Source: Pseudomonadota bacterium
Lineage (GTDB): Bacteria > Pseudomonadota > Gammaproteobacteria > Pseudomonadales > Azotimanducaceae
Length of the DNA stretch: 37,173 bases
Reading direction: 5' to 3'
NCBI GenBank assembly: GCA_027621895.1
Contig: JAQCAK010000001.1
Span: 1-37,173 of the forward strand
The translations under genes were made by a program, and so were the position numbers. Positions 31,585-37,173 of this stretch are shown piece after piece (position 1 is the stretch's first letter; the number at the start of each line of letters is the position of its first letter). The notes below the pieces were generated by a model. It was not told the DNA's origin. It saw only the letters and a program-made list of their open reading frames with translations, and ran no database searches.

Positions 31585-31965
31585 ATGTTACCCAAGGTCA
31601 TCATCATCGTTGCCGCGTTTTTCGGGGGCTCGGGAGTTATGCTGGGTGCCTTTGGTGCACATGCCCTGCGTGGTCAGGTCGAGGCCCGACTGCTTGAAAC
31701 CTTCCAGACCGGAGTTCAGTATCAACTGGTCCATGCAGTCGCACTGATGGTGCTTGCCCTGCTGATGGAACAATGGGGGCGGCTGCTCTCACTGGACATC
31801 GCAGCCTACGCACTCACAGTCGGCGTTCTGCTGTTTTCCGGTAGCCTTTACGTCCTTGTGCTCACTGAAATTCGCTGGGTAGGTCCCATTACGCCGCTCG
31901 GTGGACTGTGCTTTATCGTTGGCTGGGTGGCCCTGCTCATAGCCGGCGTTGCGCGGCTCGGCTGA
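31585..31965 (+). CDS. DUF423 (YgdD-like) small membrane protein
   Basis: 126 aa with four hydrophobic segments. GGSGVMLGAFGAHAL and YQLVHAVAL are typical of DUF423. Confidence 0.8.
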   Translation: MLPKVIIIVAAFFGGSGVMLGAFGAHALRGQVEARLLETFQTGVQYQLVHAVALMVLALLMEQWGRLLSLDIAAYALTVGVLLFSGSLYVLVLTEIRWVGPITPLGGLCFIVGWVALLIAGVARLG

Positions 31966-31981
31966 CAGTCCGGGAGTTGAT

Positions 31982-32650
31982 TTGAATTCCACTGAAGACC
32001 GGAAGATTCGAAGCTATGTTCTGCGCCAGGGACGTTTGACCGCTGGTCAGGAAAGGGCGCTTGAAGTTCACTGGTCGCACTACGGCCTGAGCACAGCTGA
32101 CAGCCTGCTGGACTTTAACCGTCTTTTCGAGGTGCAGCGCCCGATGGTGTTCGAAATTGGATTCGGCATGGGCGATTCACTGGTCGAACAGGCTGTTATT
32201 CATCCCGACATCAATTACCTGGGTACGGAAATGCATCGACCCGGCGTCGGGCACCTGCTGATCCAGGCCGCTGAAAAGCAGCTCGATAACCTGCGGGTCT
32301 TTAATGAAGACGGCCTGGAAGTACTGGAACGATTTATACCTGACCATGTGCTGCAGGGTATCCAGCTGTACTTTCCTGACCCCTGGCACAAGAAGCGACA
32401 TCACAAGCGCAGGATCTTCAACGCGGCATTTCTGGAACTGGCGGCCCGGAAGCTCCTGAAAGGCGGATTTATCCACGTGGCGACAGACTGGGTGCCCTAT
32501 GCTGAAGAGATCGAAACCCTGATGTCAGCGCATCCGGCATTCGATCCAATGGACGCGCCGGCACGCCCCGAAACCAAATTCGAAAAGCGGGGCATTCGAC
32601 TGGGACACGAGGTGCGTGATCTCGCCTGCTGTTACAGTCCCTGTTCCTGA
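31982..32650 (+). CDS. trmB: tRNA (guanine46-N7)-methyltransferase TrmB
   Basis: IRSYVLRQGRLTAGQERALE, EIGFGMG and FPDPWHKKRHHKRR are colinear with E. coli TrmB. No in-frame ATG exists near the N-terminus. I chose TTG 31982, which has GGGAG 5 nt upstream. The track start TTG 31949 overlaps the upstream gene and lacks an SD. Confidence 0.9.
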   Translation: MNSTEDRKIRSYVLRQGRLTAGQERALEVHWSHYGLSTADSLLDFNRLFEVQRPMVFEIGFGMGDSLVEQAVIHPDINYLGTEMHRPGVGHLLIQAAEKQLDNLRVFNEDGLEVLERFIPDHVLQGIQLYFPDPWHKKRHHKRRIFNAAFLELAARKLLKGGFIHVATDWVPYAEEIETLMSAHPAFDPMDAPARPETKFEKRGIRLGHEVRDLACCYSPCS

Positions 32651-32659
32651 ACAATCAGT

Positions 32660-33778
32660 CTATAGCAGCAGCAACAGGTCGTTGAGAAACTCGGTGCCTT
32701 TTTCGGTAGGCATGACCTGGTCACCGTCGCACGACAGCAACCCCTTTGCTGTTGCCTTCTGGATGAAATCATCAAGCGCTTTCCTGTTCAGACCTGTTCT
32801 TTGCTCAAAGGTCTGGAGGCGGAAACCCCGGGTCAGGCGAAGCGCGTTCATCAGGAATTCCAGCACCAGGTCATCAGGACTGACCTGGTCAGACCGGGTC
32901 TTTTCCGGCGCCGCCAGGTAATCCACGGGCGCCCGTGATTTTGTGGTTCGGCGAATCCCCTCAGGTGTTGTCAGTTTGCCGTGGGCGCCAGCCCCAATGC
33001 CGATGTAGTCACCAAACTCCCAGTAGTTCAGGTTATGTTGCGATTGATGAGTCTCACGGGCGTAGGCTGAGATTTCGTACCGCTCATATCCAGCGTCCGC
33101 GAGCAGCCGTTGCCCGGCTTCTGAAATCCTGGATGCGTCGTCACCGTCAGGCAGTATCGGTGGATAGCGATAGAAATAGGTATTGGGTTCTATCGTCAGC
33201 TGATACCAGGACAGGTGGGTGGGCGCGAGTGAAATGGCGGTACGCAGATCTTCCAGCGCCGCGCCCATGGACTGTCCTGGCAGGGCATACATCAGGTCCA
33301 GATTGATTCGACCGAAACCTGCCCGTCTTGCGCCTTCATAAGCCCGTTGGGCCTCGTTTCCGCTGTGTATTCTGCCAACAGCCTTGAGTGATGCATCAGA
33401 AAAACTCTGGACGCCGATGCTGAGACGATTAATGCCGGCTTCACGGTAGCCATCAAAGTGGGCCTGATCAAAAGTCCCCGGGTTGGCCTCCAGTGTGATC
33501 TCGGCGGTAGCCAGGTCGAGTCGACGCCCGATTGTTTCCAGCAGGCGCGCCAGCGCATTAGGCGGGAACAGGCTCGGCGTTCCGCCGCCCATGAAAACAG
33601 AGACCAGTGGTCGCTGTTCCTGGTTATCGATCTGCGAGTGGAAATCCTGAAGCAGCGCGTCCACATACTGCCGGGCCGGCACCTCGCCGCCCAGTTCATG
33701 GGAGTTGAAGTCGCAATAAGGACATTTGCGAACACACCAGGGGAAGTGGATATAAAGACTAAGTGGCGTAGCGTTCAA
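32660..33778 (-). CDS. hemW: Radical SAM heme chaperone HemW (YggW, coproporphyrinogen III oxidase-like)
   Basis: 372 aa. (M)NATPLSLYIHFPWCVRKCPYCDFNSH contains the CxxxCxxC radical SAM motif, and the protein is colinear with E. coli HemW. The start TTG (33776-33778) is preceded by AGGGA and overlaps the rdgB 3' end by 20 nt. Confidence 0.93.
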   Translation of the reverse strand: MNATPLSLYIHFPWCVRKCPYCDFNSHELGGEVPARQYVDALLQDFHSQIDNQEQRPLVSVFMGGGTPSLFPPNALARLLETIGRRLDLATAEITLEANPGTFDQAHFDGYREAGINRLSIGVQSFSDASLKAVGRIHSGNEAQRAYEGARRAGFGRINLDLMYALPGQSMGAALEDLRTAISLAPTHLSWYQLTIEPNTYFYRYPPILPDGDDASRISEAGQRLLADAGYERYEISAYARETHQSQHNLNYWEFGDYIGIGAGAHGKLTTPEGIRRTTKSRAPVDYLAAPEKTRSDQVSPDDLVLEFLMNALRLTRGFRLQTFEQRTGLNRKALDDFIQKATAKGLLSCDGDQVMPTEKGTEFLNDLLLLL

Positions 33779-34349
33779 GCATCATCCCTGCCAGCTGGCG
33801 AAGTGCAATTCCGCGATGGCTGACCTGATGCTTTTCATCAGCGCTGAGTTCCGCGGCGGTTCTGTTCTCATCAGGCAGCAGGAATACGGGGTCGTAGCCG
33901 AATCCCCCGCTCCCCCGGGGAGAACGGGTGATCACACCGTACCACGACCCGGTGGCTATCAGCGGTGCTGGATCGTCTGCCGTCAGAAGGCAGGTCAATA
34001 CACAGTGAAACCAGGCGCGGCGCTGTTCAATACCGTCCATGGCAGCCAGCAGCTTTGTAACGTTTGCCTCATCCGTTGCTGTCTCACCCGCATAGCGGGC
34101 GGAATAGATTCCTGGCTTGCCGTCTAGCGCGGCAACGCAGATCCCGGAGTCATCTGCCATGGCCGGCAGACCGGATTCCCGGGCCGCGTGCCGCGCCTTG
34201 ATCAGGGCATTCTCGACAAAAGTGCCTGCAGTTTCGGGCACGCTGCCAATGCCAAGGGAACCCTGGGTCACCAGGCTGAAGACATCCGGCAGCCGGCCGG
34301 CAATCTCTGTCGCCTTGTGTTCGTTACCTGTTGCCAGCACAAACCGCAT
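33759..34349 (-). CDS. rdgB: Non-canonical purine NTP pyrophosphatase RdgB (dITP/XTP pyrophosphatase)
   Basis: MRFVLATGNEHK, ETAGTFVENALIKA, DDSGICV and GFGYDPVF are present. The start is set at ATG 34347-34349; the track adds one TTG codon. This ATG overlaps the upstream stop as TGATG. Confidence 0.94.
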   Translation of the reverse strand: MRFVLATGNEHKATEIAGRLPDVFSLVTQGSLGIGSVPETAGTFVENALIKARHAARESGLPAMADDSGICVAALDGKPGIYSARYAGETATDEANVTKLLAAMDGIEQRRAWFHCVLTCLLTADDPAPLIATGSWYGVITRSPRGSGGFGYDPVFLLPDENRTAAELSADEKHQVSHRGIALRQLAGMMLERYAT

Positions 34350-34774
34350 CAATCGTACCGCCGCAGAAACCTGACCATGACCGGAGAGGTATCCGGGGGT
34401 GTGACGCTGATCTCGAAATGGAGTATGTCTTCCTCCAGCGCGGTATGGCTGGCCAGATAGTAGATGGCGTCTGATTCAGTGACTTCTGAAAAGCTGAGGG
34501 TCACACGCTGGTTAAGGAGATTGGTGACATGGCCCGTGACACTGGCGTGACTGGCATGACCCTCGCGCAGGGCTGATATGTTGATCACAATCTGGTTCTC
34601 GCCCCGGGTGATGCCATGAAGTCTGGCGACGTCAGGCGGGATCAGCGTACTGAGCAGGGCGGCGTAGTGAATATCGTAACCCTGGTGCGTGACGAATTGT
34701 GCAGCCGACAGCAGGGGTGCAAAGACCAGCCCGATCAGGGCGAGGAGCGTGTACAGAACATGGCCGTCTTTCAT
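34349..34774 (-). CDS. DUF4426-like periplasmic protein
   Basis: 141 aa with signal peptide MKDGHVLYTLLALIGLVFAPLLSAAQ. It sits between yggT and rdgB, where Pseudomonas-type genomes carry a DUF4426 protein. The family assignment rests on memory of synteny and general sequence character and is not verified. Confidence 0.6.
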   Translation of the reverse strand: MKDGHVLYTLLALIGLVFAPLLSAAQFVTHQGYDIHYAALLSTLIPPDVARLHGITRGENQIVINISALREGHASHASVTGHVTNLLNQRVTLSFSEVTESDAIYYLASHTALEEDILHFEISVTPPDTSPVMVRFLRRYD

Positions 34775-34818
34775 CAGTCGTGCTTCATCAGGCGTACTTC
34801 GTCAGGAAAGATGCGCCA

Positions 34819-35412
34819 TCAGAGCCCGATGATCAGGCCACGGGGAATACCGAGCATATAGGCGATGGGTTGGACGACCAGGTAGTTATCGATCAGCGTG
34901 ATGGCAACAAAGACCAGGATGATCGAGAAATCGAGTCCGCCCATGGGCGGCAGCAACTTTCTGGCGGGCGCGCACAGCGGCTCGGTCAGCTGGGTGACCA
35001 GGGACAAAGCAGGGTGGCTGGAGTAGGGGGCAATCCAGCTGGCAATCACCATGATAATCAGCGCAAAAAAGTACACATCGAGAATAGTGGAGAATATCCC
35101 CAGCAGTGACCAGCCAATATAAAGCGGGTGAAAAGGATAGCTGCCCTTGATCGTCATGATCAGGCTGATAGACGCCAGCTGGATGATGAAAGCCACCAGC
35201 AGGGTGGCGAAATCGACACCCCGGACCGTGGGCATGATTCGCTTCATTGGTTTGATCGGCGGGTCCGTAATCTTGACGATGCCCTGGCAGAGTGGGTTGT
35301 AGTAGTCCACCCGGGACGCCTGCATGAGGAACCGCACCATGACAAGAATGAAGTACATTCCGACAAAGGTCTGAATGAGGAATACACCGGCATCGGCAAA
35401 ATTCTGGGTCAT
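34819..35412 (-). CDS. yggT: YggT family integral membrane protein
   Basis: 197 aa with two YGGT-type repeats of hydrophobic helices. Sits in the canonical position downstream of proC. Confidence 0.85.
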   Translation of the reverse strand: MTQNFADAGVFLIQTFVGMYFILVMVRFLMQASRVDYYNPLCQGIVKITDPPIKPMKRIMPTVRGVDFATLLVAFIIQLASISLIMTIKGSYPFHPLYIGWSLLGIFSTILDVYFFALIIMVIASWIAPYSSHPALSLVTQLTEPLCAPARKLLPPMGGLDFSIILVFVAITLIDNYLVVQPIAYMLGIPRGLIIGL

Positions 35413-35466
35413 GGATCAGTCGACTGTGCTGAGTGAAAAGCGATTATATGTCATTTGACGGGTATC

Positions 35467-36267
35467 TCAGTGTCCGGAAAGTTCGACTGATCGTTGACGG
35501 GCAGCCTGAACAGCCCGGGTTACGATGCCTTCAAGGTCTGCCGCATCGAATTCCGCCAGTGCAGCCTGTGTGGTGCCACCGGGAGAAGTGACCTGCTCAC
35601 GGAGTTCCCCGGGTGAAAGCTGGCTCGCGGATGCCATGCGGGCCGCGCCGAGGGCTGTCTGCAGAACCAGTTCGCGGGCGGTTGCTTCATCGAGGCCCTC
35701 GTTGATGGCAGCGCTGATCATCAGCTCCATCAGGCGGAAAAAGTAGGCAGGGCCGCTGCCCGAGACAGCCGTAACTGCATCAAGTTGTGCCTCATCCTGG
35801 ACCCACAGGGCCTTGCCCACTGCTGACAGAATCCCTTCCGCAATATCCCGCTGGGCAGGGCTGACAGCGGGTGAGGCAAACAGTGCGGTCATTCCCGTGC
35901 CCACGAGCGCTGGTGTATTGGGCATGCACCTGACAATGGCCGTATCCGGCCCGAGGCGCTCGGACATCGTTCGAATCAGTACGCCCGCCGCTACGCTGAC
36001 AAACAGCCGGTGTTTGCAATCTGCCGTGAGCTCTCCAAGCAGGTCAGGCAGCACATTGGGCTTGACGCAGAGCATGACGACATCGGCGGCCTGAACAACG
36101 GCGTCGTTGCTGTCGCACAGTTGTATGCCCAGGGACGCCAGCTTCTGCTGGCTCCCCGCAGCGGGATCATGGCAATGAATGTCTGCCGGGGACGTGCCGT
36201 TGTCGATGAGCCCGCCGATGATGGCCTGGGCGATGTTGCCCCCACCCAGGAAGCCGATAGTTGTCAT
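35467..36267 (-). CDS. proC: Pyrroline-5-carboxylate reductase
   Basis: The start is set at ATG 36265-36267 (MTTIGFLGGGNIAQAI, the Rossmann GxGxxA/G motif) with GAGGA 8 nt upstream. The track start at TTG 36282 adds 5 residues. The C-terminal motif VTSPGGTTQAAL is present. Confidence 0.95.
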   Translation of the reverse strand: MTTIGFLGGGNIAQAIIGGLIDNGTSPADIHCHDPAAGSQQKLASLGIQLCDSNDAVVQAADVVMLCVKPNVLPDLLGELTADCKHRLFVSVAAGVLIRTMSERLGPDTAIVRCMPNTPALVGTGMTALFASPAVSPAQRDIAEGILSAVGKALWVQDEAQLDAVTAVSGSGPAYFFRLMELMISAAINEGLDEATARELVLQTALGAARMASASQLSPGELREQVTSPGGTTQAALAEFDAADLEGIVTRAVQAARQRSVELSGH

Positions 36268-36304
36268 GATGCCGTTCCTCAAATCCGATTCAATATGTTA
36301 ACAG

Positions 36305-36988
36305 TCAGCCGCGGGCGCCAAAGATACCGGTGCCGACCCTGATCCAGGTTGCGCCTTCCCGAATCGCATGCTCGAAGTCGTGACTCATGCCCATGGAAAG
36401 CTCGGTAAATGCGTCCAGGGACAACTGCGCTGATAGGCTGTCGCGCAGCTCTCGAAGTGTTCGAAACGCAGGAGTCGGATCCCGGCCTGGTTCAGGCATG
36501 GTCATCAGGCCACGGAGCCTGAGGTTATCGAGTTCTCTTGCCTGATCCAGCAGACCGGGGAGTTGGTCCGGAGTCACCCCGGATTTGGTTGTCTCGCCCG
36601 TGATGTTGACCTGGACGAGCAGGTTGATCGGTGGCAGGGCCGGGTCCCGCTGCGCGGAAAGTCGGCGGGCGATCTTGAGTGAAGGTACGCTGTGCACCCA
36701 GTCGAAATGACTCGCGATCTCCCGGGTCTTGTTGCTTTGTATCGCGCCGATGAAATGCCAGGTTGCTGCCGGGCACCGGTTGATTTTCCCGAGTGCTTCC
36801 TGCAGGTAGTTTTCGCCGAAATTCAGCTGCCCGGCTCGCATGGCTTCCTCGACTGCGGACAGGGGGAAGGTTTTGGACACAGCCAGCAGCCGAACCTCTT
36901 CAGGCAGGCGATTCGAATCGCGACACACGCGTTCAATCTGCTGACGAAGCTGGACCAGTCGGTCTGTTATGGATGTGCCGGTATTCAA
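36305..36988 (-). CDS. yggS: YggS family pyridoxal phosphate homeostasis protein
   Basis: 227 aa with LLAVSKT (PLP lysine), FGENY, HFIGAIQSNK, LSMGMSHDFE and RVGTGIFG. Colinear with E. coli YggS. The start is TTG (36986-36988); no in-frame ATG lies near the N-terminus. Confidence 0.93.
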   Translation of the reverse strand: MNTGTSITDRLVQLRQQIERVCRDSNRLPEEVRLLAVSKTFPLSAVEEAMRAGQLNFGENYLQEALGKINRCPAATWHFIGAIQSNKTREIASHFDWVHSVPSLKIARRLSAQRDPALPPINLLVQVNITGETTKSGVTPDQLPGLLDQARELDNLRLRGLMTMPEPGRDPTPAFRTLRELRDSLSAQLSLDAFTELSMGMSHDFEHAIREGATWIRVGTGIFGARG

Positions 36989-37173
36989 GCGGATTGTTCT
37001 CTCGTGTTCTGGCGAGGCGTTACTGTGACGATACCCGCCTGTTGCAGAGCAGACCTTCCCCGGGTCAAAAACCGGTGGTCATTATGACGGACAATACTCA
37101 CGACAATGCAACCGCTGGTTTCTTTTACCTGACCGGACTAGTATGAGTCTCGGTCGGTGATTATCGCCAGCCC

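Noticed and set aside
37084-37146. 20-codon plus-strand micro-ORF (MTDNTHDNATAGFFYLTGLV) upstream of and divergent from yggS, with a small AACC-GCT-GGTT hairpin followed by Ts. Considered as a leader peptide or attenuator.
   Set aside because: The hairpin has only 4 bp, the peptide has no regulatory codon run, and the downstream gene lies beyond the window edge. It is not interpretable.

Overview
The window is a densely packed chromosomal segment, mostly housekeeping genes, from a moderately GC-rich gammaproteobacterium. The gene order resembles Pseudomonas, Oceanospirillales and Cellvibrionales: yicC-gmk-rpoZ-spoT-ridA-recG, rph-pyrE, coaBC-dut-algC-argB-slmA, radC, rpmB-rpmG, mutM, coaD, rsmD, ftsYEX-rpoH, trmB, and hemW-rdgB-DUF4426-yggT-proC-yggS. 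I support 42 protein-coding genes. Two of them fall below the ORF-track size cutoff: rubredoxin at 8472-8639 and ribosomal protein L33 at 25645-25800. Several track ORFs are 5'-over-extended, and I re-set their starts by alignment to remembered E. coli or Pseudomonas homologues plus Shine-Dalgarno inspection. I found no rRNA, tRNA, CRISPR array, IS or transposon, integrase, prophage or recognisable defence island. No classic novel system stands out, and most of the window is ordinary core genome. Three loci deserve a second look. (1) The phosphomannomutase AlgC ORF is 839 aa and carries a 385-aa N-terminal extension that reads like a transmembrane sensor (TM, Cache-like periplasmic domain, TM, HAMP-like segment) fused to a metabolic enzyme. 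(2) The only accessory-looking block lies at 2.3-7.3 kb. A TrmB-family regulator (an archaeal-type family) sits upstream of a BCAT-like class IV aminotransferase and TRAP dctQM genes, and a lipoprotein-type TRAP binding protein is encoded convergently. The regulator gene has a good promoter and a perfect palindrome in its leader. (3) The unlisted rubredoxin is translationally coupled to a DAACS-family symporter, with no rubredoxin reductase nearby. All domain calls come from reading motifs by eye; no searches were run.
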